Positions 40,395 to 54,070 of a stretch of DNA of 61,596 bases are shown here, piece by piece. The notes under the pieces are model-generated. The model did not search any database. It had not been told where the DNA came from and saw nothing but the letters and a program-made list of their open reading frames with translations. A program made the position numbers and the translations under genes. The DNA comes from Octopus bimaculoides (taxonomy: Eukaryota), in NCBI RefSeq assembly GCF_001194135.2, contig NC_068994.1, forward strand, positions 60,443,909 to 60,505,504, in the 5' to 3' direction. Every line of letters starts with the position of its first letter. Within the stretch, counting starts at the first letter, position 1.

Positions 40395-41111
40395 TTCTGT
40401 GGAAATCATGGTCTACAAAGAGCAAAGATGTGAACAAATCCCAGAAGGAGTCAAAAATGAGAAGTGCAAAATCCTGTGGGATGTGATGATCCAGTAGGAT
40501 CCCCTGACCAGACATAGGAAACTGGACATTGTTGTGGTGAATAAAAAAGAAAGAACATGTATGGTCATCGACATAGTATGCCCTGGTGACAACAGGATTG
40601 ATGTGAAAGAAGAAGAAAAAATAAACTATGACAATAATAACAACAACAACAACAATAAATGTAAGTGCCATAAAGTGAGATTAGGAGTAATGCTAAGTTG
40701 GACAGAGTTGCTTATCTGAGCATTTCTTCATAACATGTGTGCTCTGTTTGCCAAGTACTGCAAATATGAGGAATAGGAACTAAAGAGAGCTAATTTACAG
40801 GGAGTGGAAGTGATATCCTAGTGCTAAGGCCAAGATGGCCAAGGATACAGATATGATATCATCATCATCATCATCGTTTAACGTCCGCTTTCCATGCTAG
40901 CATGGGTTGGACGACTTGACTGAGGACTGGTGAAACCGGATGGCAACACCAGGCTCCAATCTAATTTGGCAGAGTTTCTACAGCTGGATGCCCTTCCTAA
41001 CGCCAACCACTCAGAGAGCAAGATAAAATAAAGTGGGTAAGAAAACGAATGAAGAGTTGAAATTTTTGAAAATTAGAGCACTGCAAACATCATGGCTGCT
41101 CTATTCCCTGC

Positions 41112-41143
<32 letters not shown>

Positions 41144-41157
41144 ACATATGTAAGTAT

Positions 41158-41203
<46 letters not shown>

Positions 41204-41407
41204 TCACGTAAACGCACCCACTACACTCTCGGAGTGGTTGGCGTTAGGAAGGGCATCCAGCTGTGGAGACTCTGCCAAATTAGATTGGAGCCTGGTGCAG
41301 CCATCTGGTTCTCCAGATCTCAGTCAAACCCATGCCAGTATAGAAAATGGATGTTATATGATGATGATGATGATGATATACACACACACATATATATATA
41401 CATATGC

Positions 41408-41455
<48 letters not shown>

Positions 41456-43307
41456 ATAATATTAGGGAAAAATTCCAAATTTACAGGGAAAAATTCAATT
41501 TAATTTATCAAAATTAAATTAAATTTCACAATATATAATATATAAATATATAATTTAGAGAAAAAAATCACAATTATTTAATTCATCCATGAAAATCCAC
41601 AATTACATATAGAAAAATTTAATAAGTAAATACACTAAAAAGACCTATAATAAAAATCAAAAAAGTACTAAGTAATAAATATTAAATAGTAAAAATGACT
41701 ACATGTGTTTCATAACCATATTTTCAATTTGATATTATATTTCTGGTAAGGCGAAATATCAAGCCAAAAATAAACCTCTGTACTTGGCTTTTGTTGACTT
41801 GGAGAAAGCCTTTGACAGGGTCCCCTGATCCCTTATCTGGTGGTCAATGTGGAAACTGGGGACAGATGAGTGGTTAGTAAGAGCTGTACAAGCCCTGCAT
41901 AGGGATGCTGTCAGTAAGGTGAGGGTTGGCAACGAGTATAGTGAAGAAGACCAGGTAAAAGTAGGGGTTCATCAAGGATCGTTCTTCACCCACCTCCTTA
42001 TTCATCATATTCCTCCAGGCAATAACAGAAGAATTCAAGATGGACTGCCCCTCGGAGCTCCTCTGTGCTGATGACCTTGCTTTAATAGCCGAGTCACCAC
42101 CAGAACTAGAGACGAAGTTTAGGGTGTGGAAGCAAGGTCTAGAATTGAATGGCCTTAGGGTTAACCTAGCAAAAACCAAAGTCTTACTAAGTAGAAAAGG
42201 CAGATTCCATGACATGCCAGGAGGAAAAGCCAAAAGTAGTTGATAGCTTCCACTACCGAGGCAACCAAGATTGTAGTGGGAGTGGTTGCTCCGAGAGTGT
42301 AGCGGCTAGAATGAGAACAGCCTGTGCAAAGTTCAGGGAGCTCTTACCTCTGCTGACAACCAAGGTCCTCTTGCTCAGAAAGGTAGACTGTATAATGCAT
42401 GTGTGCAAACTGCCATGCTGCACTGCAGTGAAACATGAGCCATGACTGCTGAGGACATGTGAAGGCTTGAAAGAAATGAAGTGAGTATTATCCGTGTGAG
42501 CACCCTGAGAGAAAAGTTGGACGTAAGAAGCATCAAATGTAGTGTGCAAGAGAGATGACTGCACTGGTATGGTCATGTGTTACGTATGGATGGGGACAGC
42601 TGTGTGAGGAAGTGTTACACCCAAACTGTGGAAGGAACCTGTGGAAGAGGTCGACCCAGGAAGACAAGGGATGAGGTGATGAAGTATGACCTTCAAAAGT
42701 TGGGCCTCTCAGAGGCAATGATAAGAAACTGAGACCTTTGGCGATATGCTGTGATTGAGAAGTCCCAGCAACTAAAGTGAGATTGCAGACATGACCGATG
42801 CCAGTGTTGCATGTTCAGCTGACTTAAAATTACCACTGATGCGTCAGGTGGTATGATATGTTTGAGAAGACCTGTTGAGTCAAGGAAAACCAAAACCAAA
42901 ATCATAGCTGTGTCCAGTGCCCCCAGACTGGCTCCCTTTCCAGTGGCATGTAAAATGCATCATCCGAACGTGGTTGATGCCAGTGTCTTCTGACTGGCTC
43001 CCGTGCCAGTGGCACATAAAAAGCGCCATCTGCCAATGCTCCCTGATTGGCTCCTGTGCCAGTGGCACATAAAAAGCACTATCCGAACGTGATCAATGCT
43101 AGGCCTGCCCAACTGGCTCCTTTGCTAGTGGCACATAAAAAGCACCTTCTATATTCTCGGAGTGGTTTGCATTAGGAAAGGCACCAAGCTGAGAAACATT
43201 ACCAGATCAGATTGGAGCCTAGTGCAGCTGCTGGCTTTCCAGGCCTCAGTCAAACTGTCCAACCCCTGCCAGAATGGAAAACGGATGTTAAACAATGATG
43301 ATGATGA

Positions 43308-43360
<53 letters not shown>

Positions 43361-44910
43361 AATTTTGAATTAAAAGCAACTCTGATAATCTAAGCATTAT
43401 CAATGTCACATAGTATATGCGTTTTGTTTATATATGCTAACTGTATATAAATTTTGCTGAAGTATTTGATAACATTGATCATGAAATCATCTGTTATAAG
43501 TTAAGAGATCTTGGTATCACAGGAAAACTCAGAGAATGGTTCTTTGACTCCTTAAAGAGTAAGAATCAATCTGTTGATGCAACTGGCTTTTTTTTTCTGC
43601 TAGGTCACTTGTAATAAGTGGTGTGTCTCAGAACACAGTTCTAGGACTATTATTATTTATCATTGCTTATTAGATATAAGCTCACAGGTGCACTCAGCCA
43701 ATGTGACAAGCCATGCCAGTGACACAAAAATATCGATGGCCATCCAAATTTCAGAAGAAGCTGTCACAGGTTGCAGGAATGGATGAAAAAGGGAGAGAGG
43801 TGCAGTGTATGAAGAGGGTGAGTTGTATGGTGGTGGTGGTGGTGGGGGGAATATAATTTAGTAGCATAGTTTGGGTAGGTGATGGGTGGAGAGAAGGAAT
43901 TAATGGATGAAGGATGCATAACAAGTGGTTCTGGATAGTAAAAGTGGTATCAAGGAAGATACCACTGCAGTTAGAGAGGTGAAGGAAGGTGTCCTGAAGA
44001 GCAAGGAAACTGTGGAGGACCTAATTGTGCATATCATCATCATCATCATCATCGTTTAACGTCCGCTTTCCATGCTAGCATGGGTTGGACGATTTGACTG
44101 AGGACTGGTGAAACCGGATGGCAACACCAGGCTCCAGTCTGATTTGGCAGAGTTTCTACAGCTGGATGCCCTTCCTAACGCCAACCACTCAGAGAGTGTA
44201 GTGGGTGCTTTTACGTGTCACCCGCACGAAAACGGCCACGCTCGAAATGGTGTCTTTTTATGTGCCANNNNNNNNNNNNNNNNNNNNNNNNNNNNNNNNN
44301 NNNNNNNNNNNNNNNNNNNNNNNNNNNNNNNNNNNNNNNNNNNNNNNNNNNNNNNNNNNNNNNNNNNNNNNNNNNNNNNNNNNNNNNNNNTATATATATA
44401 TATATATATACATATATAATTAATACAAATAATAAGACAAAGAAATCCTTTAACACATCTTTAATGGTTCGTTACAATTGTTTCTGTACCAACTCTGCTT
44501 GCAATGCCAGTTTATGCAAAAATTTGAAGTGAAAATTTACATAATGTTTGCAGTTTTAGACATTAGAGAGGCATATCATCAGATCTGCATCAAAGGTTTG
44601 CACTTATATTGTGTGTCTTCTAGACATTGCTTTTTCTTTCTTTTTTCTTATGCAAGTCTGATGACGTGCCACTCTAATGTTTAAAACTTTGATATTTTAC
44701 ATAAACTGGTGTTGCAAGCAGCGTTGGTACAGAAACAAGTCTAATGAATCATTAAAGATGTGTTAAAGGATACCTTTGTCTTCTTATTATTTGTATTAAT
44801 TTACTCTTCGTTACATCTACACAATGGTTTTACCGTCATGAAACCAGGATTTTCTATACTTGAAGAATTTCAGTATTAGTCTGGAATCCGACAGTGTTGA
44901 TAGCCCAGAA

Positions 44911-44991
<81 letters not shown>

Positions 44992-45157
44992 ATCATACAT
45001 ACAGCTCTACTGGAACTCAGTTTTGCTGATGAGAGGTCCAAGGTTCTGAGATCAGTCTTCACCATGTCCCATATCTTCTTGATCTCCCTCTTCCACAAGC
45101 CCTATCCCCTTTTACTGACTGACACGTCTTTATACAGCTGTCTTCATCCATGCACAT

Positions 45158-45192
<35 letters not shown>

Positions 45193-46627
45193 GAAATATC
45201 TAAATATGCATGCAATTCCATATATACCTATATAAGCCTCACTAAGGTGACATTGTATCGAAACATTGCCTCAATTGAAGAAATATGATCCCTTTTGGTC
45301 ATGGCTTTCATTATTCAATGGTGCCTCTCTACAATTTCATTTCTGTTCATCCTGCATACAACCCTGAAGTAACGCTGATATTTCACTTGTCCAGGATCCA
45401 TGTCAGTGATAAAAAGAAAAGAAAAGCAGCACTGTTGTTCATCCAAATTTCATCTATTGGCCCTACCCACTCTAATAATATATCATTCAGAAACCATGCA
45501 TTTTCCATTGCAACATCTGCCCTAATCCTCTCCTTTATAGCTATCTGTTCAGGCCCACATTAAAGCATAGAGAGATGTAATCTTTACCAGTAGTGTATCA
45601 CATGTGCTACCAATCACTTCTAATTATTTTTCACTCACTATCTCTTGTCTCATGCACACTGAGCATAGGGTTGATTGGCAGATACCTATATCAAAGGAGA
45701 CATTTGTGTATGATACAGTCCTCCGACCCCTCAGACCCAGTCAAACTATCCTACCCATACCAGCATGGAAGCTGGACATAAATGATTATGATGATATAAA
45801 CATTACACACACATTCTATATCATGTATATACCTTCACGTTACACTCTGACACCTCATCACTACCATCTTTGTCTCTCTCTTTCCAGTTACTCCCACCCT
45901 TATATAATACAGGGTAGCCATGTATTTCCTCTCCAGCAAGACACCTGTTTATGTCCACCTCTCATACTTTAGCTACTCAGCACCAGGTATAAAGCCATCT
46001 CCCTCCCTTTTTTGCACCTCCACTCAGTCAAGGATGCTGCTTTGTCTTGTTATGTGGAGACCTCACTGCTGCTACAATAAACAACCCAGCAGACTTTGTA
46101 AAGTTGTTGGTATTTAAGAAGGCATCTAACTGTAGAAAGCAGCTAATGCAGACACTGGAGACTCAAGGGAGCCTGTTCAACGATCCGACCAATGCTAGCA
46201 TGGATGGAAGACAAACATATGACGATGACACACACATACACAGAAATTGACAGACAGACAAACAGTCTTTCTAATGAGTTTACATTAATGCATTTATTTG
46301 TTTTGATTTCATTTTTTTCTTCAAAGACTGTAAGGATTTACAATGCATTCTTAAGCTGCGGTTCTTACCATTGTGCAAATCCTCTTCAAAGGAAACAAAA
46401 CCAGTGGGGAAATATCCCACTTTCTTGTTGAGGCGCCCTTGTGCCCAGTCTGAACCAAATTCCAAGACCTCAATACGATCGCCCTTTCTGAAGCTGAGAT
46501 CATCCTTAGTGCTGGCAACAAAATCATAGCGTGCTCGAGCATAGTCCTTGACTTGCTTCACATTTTCTAGCTGTTTGGCAACACAGGTGAGGAGTTGATC
46601 AGTGATCTAATAGAGATAGAGAAGACA

Positions 46628-46665
<38 letters not shown>

Positions 46666-49600
46666 AAGAGAGAGAGAGAGAGGGAAAGAAAGAAGGATGC
46701 ATACAAGTAAGTTAGTTTGTTATTAGTATAATCAAGCAATTTGCATGCATTTTAAACAAAACATTATTAGTATCATCATCATCATCAATACTATAGCTTA
46801 TACTCTTTCTGGAAATTACTTTCGGCTATCTTTTGTGTTGTCTTGGTGTTACTATTACTTCTACCACAATTCAATCTAACCTCATTTAACATACTAGATT
46901 GCCAAAATGCAAGAATTATCTTTTCACCTATTCTGTTAACAAATATTTGGAAAGTATTCACAACTTATACCATGACAAGGAGTATGACAAGGAGTATACC
47001 ATGACAAGGAGTATACCATGACAAGGAGTATCATGCATAGCTTATTTGCTAAGAGAGATAATGGCAAAAGTACAATTATTTGTTATACTTAATTAAAAGC
47101 TAATTATATTACAGCAGAAGAGGCTGAAAAACAAAGTTGAAACCAATAACAGAATTTTATGTACTCCCAGCTATCCATAGTTAAATCCAGGATTAGTGAA
47201 TAACTTTCAATTAGAAACTTATCAAAGGTTAAGAGGATTCAAAGGGATTCATCTATACAAACACTGTATACAGGATATAAACCAAAAACTTCTAAAAATA
47301 TATACAATTTATAAACATTTAAGAAAAATTCTAAATAGAAGTTTTTAGAGCTTTTAAAAAACTTTAAACTTTTAAAAGATATTGTTTAAAAAAACAACAA
47401 AAAAGAAACAATGGTTTAGTGGTGCTTTATACTAGTTCGAAATGGATTAAATTTTGAAATCCCTCAACATATTTAGTGAAACTCACAGACAAAGCTTTCA
47501 CTAAACCAATTACATGCATACTAATCCACATCACCAAATTGACACAAATACATCTATACACATACATATATCCTCAAACATACATAAACTTCCTTAACCG
47601 CCTTTAAAGAATGGTATCCACACCTGGATTTTACCTCTTCCCTTCCCCTTGCATCCTTCCCACAATTATCTTTTTTTCTCTTTCTTTCTCCCTCTCTCTT
47701 TTCCTTATCTTTATAAGACACTCCATACTAAACGCAAGTGTTAAACTAACACCATATTCGTTATAGTTTGTTCTTTCTGTGTTTTTACTTTAAATTATCC
47801 TTATCACCATTCCCATTTAAGGTCTGTTTTTCCATGCTGGTATGGGTTGGACAGTTTGACAGAAGCTGGCAAGCCAGAGGAATGTGCTGAGCTCCAAACA
47901 CTGTGTTGAACTCAGGTAATTATTTTTATATTATATTTCATTTTTTAATTTTGATTCTCTGTATAAGTTATTTGATATCTATATGAGAAGGGTTCTTCAT
48001 TCTATATCAGTTCCGTGTATAGACAAGCAGTACACCACAACTACTAAAATGGATTGTTATACAAATAAGTAAAATGGCACATCTCTTGCACCTCATGGAT
48101 TAATACAGTATAACCTAAACTATTGATCTAATTTGCTTATCCCTACACATGTGTAGTTTCACCATCTGACCTAATTCCACCCAACCCTACAGTTGCAAGT
48201 CGTAAGTCACCAACACAACAGACTACTACCATTATGACAGGTCAGAACTCACTTCAACAGTCTGCTACTGCTACTACTACTATTACATCCAACAATTCTT
48301 CCTCTACCCTGCATATCAATATAGAAAAACCTCTTCCACTTCCAAAATCCTGTCGTTACCAGTCTCAGAAATTCAGCCCCAGCGGCACAAACAACAAGGG
48401 ACATTGTCCTTTCTCTTATCCTTCCTTATGCTGTAGGCTTATTAAGAGCATCTGTCCATAAGGTATAACTAGAAAAAGCTGCCCCTACCTTCACCCCAAA
48501 TACTGTGCAAAATACAGAGTCCGTGGTTCTGACCCTAAATATGAATGTACAAAAGGCAAAAGGTGAGCTTTCTTCCATTCTAAGCTGTGCCAGAATTCTC
48601 TGTCTCTAAGGACGTGCCTAAATCTGGAATGCAACATCCACCATCTAAAAGGCACAAAACGAATGAAAGGTAAACTGCAACAGGGAAATGTGACAAAAAC
48701 AAAACACAACCACAATCCACCTCCTAACACCAACACCAACCAAAGGAGAAAGAATTACAGAAAAACTGCATCACCACATGAAATAAACCAAGGAGGAAAT
48801 TCTTTTTTTATATATGAAAGCTGACCTAAGCCTGGAGAGCCAACGTTGCATATCCAAAACTCTAGGAACACACACCCACCACCATCAACTAGAACATCAC
48901 TCTGCTCATACAGTCCCAAACAAATGCTAACTTCAGTGTAGCCAGTGAAGAACAAAACATATTTTATCTCCTATATACCATCATGATGGGATTAAATCCT
49001 GTTTCAAACTCCTATCCCTGAATGCCCGAAGTTTGTGCAGCAGTGTCGAACTCTCTCCTTCATCAAAAGCTAATCACATAGAATTGACTATTAACCCTTT
49101 TGCTACCATATTTCTGTTGAGATGCTCTGTATTTCTTTCAATTAATTTTAAATATAACAAAGAATTCAGTAAAATAACTTAGCTATCATTAAGCTAGTGT
49201 CAGGAACATAAATTGTGATTAAGGTTTGTTGGAAGATTTTAATTAAGAACTTTTGAAAACAAAATATTTGTACTACAGAGCCAGAAGCGGTTTCAGGCAG
49301 GTTGGTATCAAAAAGGTTAAAGGGGTGATTACAAAGGTGGTGCTCCTGCATGGCCACAGCCTTAGGGTTGAAACATGTAAAAGAATAAAAGAATTATATA
49401 TAATATTATATCAAATGTTAGAGTCTCCTACAACCACTTGACAACCGGTGTTGGTGTGTTTGTGTCCCTGAACTCAGTGTTTTGGCAAAAAGAGAACAAC
49501 AGAAATAAGTACTGGGAAGGGGGCCATTCATTTGATTAAACATTCTTCAAGGCAGTGTCCCAGCATGGTTGCAGTCTCATGACTAAAACAAGATGTGTGT

Positions 49601-52600
49601 GTGTGTGGAGAAAAAGAGAGAGAGGGAGAGAGAGAGACAGACAGGCACACCAACAGAGAAAGAGAGCAAGAAGAGAGAGAGAAACGTATGTGTAGATAGA
49701 CACACACACACACATGTATAGGGACACAGATTAGTTATTAAATAATGATAAAAAAAAAAGTTCATTTGTAAAATAGATGACGTTTAACCCAACAGGTTTA
49801 TTGACTGTGAAGCACAATGTTACACTTTGATGAGATGATAGTGTGGGCATAATAGGGCATATTGCCCAAGAATGTGTCCCCATTCTGCTCCTTTTTCCAA
49901 CCAGGTAGAATGAAATAATGAAATGCATGCTATGAGTATAAATGAAAAACTCATGAGTTGGTAAACAAAGCTGAATTTCTCCACAGCCGTGCAAGTCTTT
50001 TGTAAACTAATATGTTGTTCCTTGAGATGAGATTTTTCCCTCTATATAGGATGCCAGTCTATCAAAGATAACATTGTCAGAAGCCCCAGAACTTATTCTC
50101 TATCAATGGATGATGGGTGAAGTAAATGGTGTAGAATTATCTAGCCAAATATGCAATAAAATGACCGAACTCGGTTTGAACTTGAGTCAACTCAGTCTAT
50201 CCAGATACATTGCCAACAAAGGAATATAAAACAACATAAAAGCAATATCAAAGACAACCAAAAATCCATGCTATATCACAATTACAATATTGATATTCTT
50301 CCTCTGTTGCCATTCCACAAATACTCATTCCACAGTCAGTTAACGTAAGGTGAAAAAAAGCTATTACAATGTGAAATGTTTACAGAAAGTTATAACGCAT
50401 AAGCTGACATAGCAATTAAAATCATAATGTAAAAGATTACATGCTGTAACGTATTAGAAAGCAGAAAGCTGTATATGCCAATGACATCTTCCATAAACAT
50501 TGGCATGTTATAAGACAACTAGTGACACAGCAGATGATGGCATACTGTAGCAGCATCAATAATGGACTATAATTTGATAAAAGACATACTATCACATTGT
50601 AAACAGCATATAACATAACAATGGCATGTAAAGGAAGCAAGACAATAACACATCAAACTTTGAAAAAATAGAAAAAATAATTTTTTTAATTACCACTAAG
50701 GCACAAAAAACAGAGGAAGAAGACAAAATATAACATGGCAAAGCAAAAAGATATGTGTGTGCATGTGATTAACAAGCATTGAAGCAAGCTAACAAAAACA
50801 GAAAAGCCTCTCTCACCAAAAAAAGAGAAAAAGTATAAGAAATGAAAGAAAACATAAAATGTTAAAATAAAAAGATGAAAAAATATTTCATTAAAAAAAG
50901 GAAAACATTGAAATCATCATGATAATGAAAAATAACAAACGGTTAAAATGCAAACGAGCTAATTAGGTATTTTAAGTGCAGGAAATGAAAATTGTTTCAG
51001 TGAAGAACATACACTCAAATAGACAAGGTAGTTCAATCATCAATTTTTATATTGCTAATATTTCTAATTATATATATAACAATGTATAAAATAAAATTTA
51101 AAGGAGAAAATCTAATTGTGTCACTAATTAACATTATGAAGATGTTAAACTATGTTTCCTCTTCAGTATAAGGGTGCCTAGTTATTCACTTCCTGCTGAT
51201 AAAATACAAAGATTACTAACAAACTTTGGAAGCATCAAATGTGTTTGGTATTTTACAGACAAGAAAGTAAATTTCAAATGCTCTGAAAACAGCAGTAAGA
51301 TTGGGTATGTACCCTTATAAGATGGAAAAAAGTTGCCAGTCTACTGGTAACTTTTTTCTGTCTTATCAGGGTAAATACCCAATCATTTTACTATTTCCAC
51401 ACTGTATTCAAAATTTACTTTCTTGTCTGTAAAATACAAAAATTACTATAGTACATAATGGTAAGTACTGAATGATAAAAAGCATGAATTAGTTCTGAAG
51501 CAGGTAGCTGTTTAAATTCCTAGTGAAGGCTTTGTGCATCATCACCACTCCTTTTCTGTTACCAGTAAGACTGAGTATCTGTGTAAAGTTTATATTGGAG
51601 CCAATATTGTTTGCAAAATGATCAATTTATTTCTCTTGTCCAAACATATCGTGCCATCCCTTCTTGATAGTGCAATTTCTTTATACTTTTCTAGCATCAG
51701 ATTTTGAAGCTAAGAAAAGTGAAGAGACTGATTTTGATGGGCCAAAAGTGAGGCAGTATTGTCTCAGCTTGGGTTACAGTTGTTAGATATGTTGTCATTA
51801 GTAGTGCAATAATTAATAAAACTCCTTAACTTTCAGTCACTCAGTTAACAAAATTGTAAGGCAAAGAAATACAGTGATCACTGTAAGATGTGGTTGTGAA
51901 ACACAATATAACAGACAAACATTTTGTTAGTGATGCAAGTGACAATTTAATGTGGTTAATAGAAATTTAATTAATGAAGATTATGTTGAGATGAGACAAA
52001 ATTTGTTGACAAAAGCAAAGGTGACAAATATATAAAAAAACTTTTTAAAAAATTGAATTGGTGCATCAGGGTCCCATTTAATTAAATTATTGTAAATAAT
52101 CAAAAGAGCCAAGGGGAAGAATAGTCTGATCTTTAGCAGACACAATGACAAGTATGGGTGTGTTTTGGCTTTATTAAATCTTTCTTCTGATCAATCTTAA
52201 GACTCTTCTTTCTATCATCATAAATGGAGATAGAAAGAAGAGTCTTAAGATGCTCCATTACCTACGATTCAGAGTCATGGAGCAGATGAGGGATAAATAT
52301 CCTGGATAGTATATGGCTTCATCACAGGTAATACTCCTAGATGATCTAATACCTATTGATAGCAGTTAAATGTACTACAAGGATACACAAAATAAACAGC
52401 AAACGTATCCATAAACACACAACATGCCTTCAATAGATTTGTACCAATGCAACATTAAATTCAAATTCACCGAATTCCTTCCATGGGCAACATCTAAGAT
52501 GTTTAATAGTAACAAAGGCAAGATAACCCACAATCTATTCTACACAGAATGTCTGAAAGGCAAACAATGTGCATAAGTACCTATTAGTCTAGACCCACAT

Positions 52601-53996
52601 ATTATTATGTATATATGAAAAGTATAAGGCTAAACTTTTTTCATTTTTTAAAAATCATTCCTACTTAGAAAACTGAGCACCTTATACATAATTTTTTCAG
52701 ATTCACAAATTTTACCAGGAATTTTAATGACTCATAATGATTATATTACAAAAATAATGTGAATATCTTTCTTATGGGACAATTTAAATTAAAAAGATCA
52801 AAATAAACAACCTTGTCTTATATTTAAATCATCACTTCCCTCTATCTCTGCACCAACATGAGATGGTTATCTCCATCGTATGAATCTGTTATTGGACATA
52901 CTTCATGTTGATTTCATCAGCTATATTCTTCCAGGCTAGCTTAGGACATGTTGAAAGAGGGTATTCATTTTGGGGTTTTACTTCTAGATTGCTTTCATAA
53001 CAGTTAAGGAGCTTAATCTACTCTTATAACAATCTATTTAAGCCATAAGTGGGACCTTAACATGACAATGAACTTGGGAATAATGGTAATTAAGAGGTGA
53101 CTCCATGCTCCCCACAACTCCTGAACTGGAACCTCACTACTGGATGTCATATCCAGAAGAAATATATTCGAGTAGATGCAATAAATTATATCCTACCAAA
53201 ATTTGTTAACATTTGTTAAGCGTTGATTTAAGGAGAGAGAAGAGTGTATTCAGAAGCTTTGAAGCATTGAATATGGGTAGATCTGAATAAAGCTTCTAAA
53301 TGTTGCTCCTCCACACTAAGCAACTTCTACAGCTTGTTTTCACCATACTAGGTAGCCAAAATATTTCATAGACAAGCTTGAAGATGATAAATATCCTTAC
53401 CTTGGATTACGCTGTTCTACAGATTTGTTTTGCTGTGTTTTTTAGTTTAGGGATGGTTTCTGTTTCTCAGTTGTGGTTTAAAAAGGGGCATTGCAAAATA
53501 AAAAATTGCTTTTTACTAATTACATTGTTTGGGTTATTCCTTCTCTCTTTCTCTCTCTTTCAACCAATATTGATTTTAGAAAAGTAGTTGCCTAATTTGA
53601 TTCAATTCAACAGTTATTTTAAATCCTAAATAGCTACTTCAGTGAAATAATCTGCTTGAAAAATTATCTTTTATATTTTTCTATAATATATATATATGTA
53701 ACATTTTAATATAAAAATACTAATTAAAATTAAAGTACCAATAATTTGTTTGATAACAGATTAATACTTTTGAGAAAGTGACATATATTTAATGCTTTAG
53801 TTAGTTTTAGCTATCATGGCCCAAACCATGATAGCAGTGTCTTTGAGGTATGAACCCTCAGAGTGGAATTAAATGTTTTATCTGAAGAATGAGATGGAAT
53901 GGCTTCTTGTCTGGCCATCTGGATACAAACAGCACAAAAAGAGACAGAGTTAAGCAGAAAACAATAAAGAGAGAGAGGGGGAGATAGATAGATAGG

Positions 53997-54070
<74 letters not shown>

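Noticed and set aside
42914-43146. Repeat-spacer-like appearance of RTE 3'-UTR units and of the 46-bp direct repeat at 29531-29747
   Set aside because: Not CRISPR: animal DNA, no cas genes, units are degenerate, and the intervening sequences are themselves repeated or there are only two copies
51695-51747. Plus-strand exon-like segment (cttttctag|...GPK|gtgagg) nested antisense in an intron
   Set aside because: No partner exons or recognisable protein found on the plus strand; such sites arise by chance in AT-rich DNA
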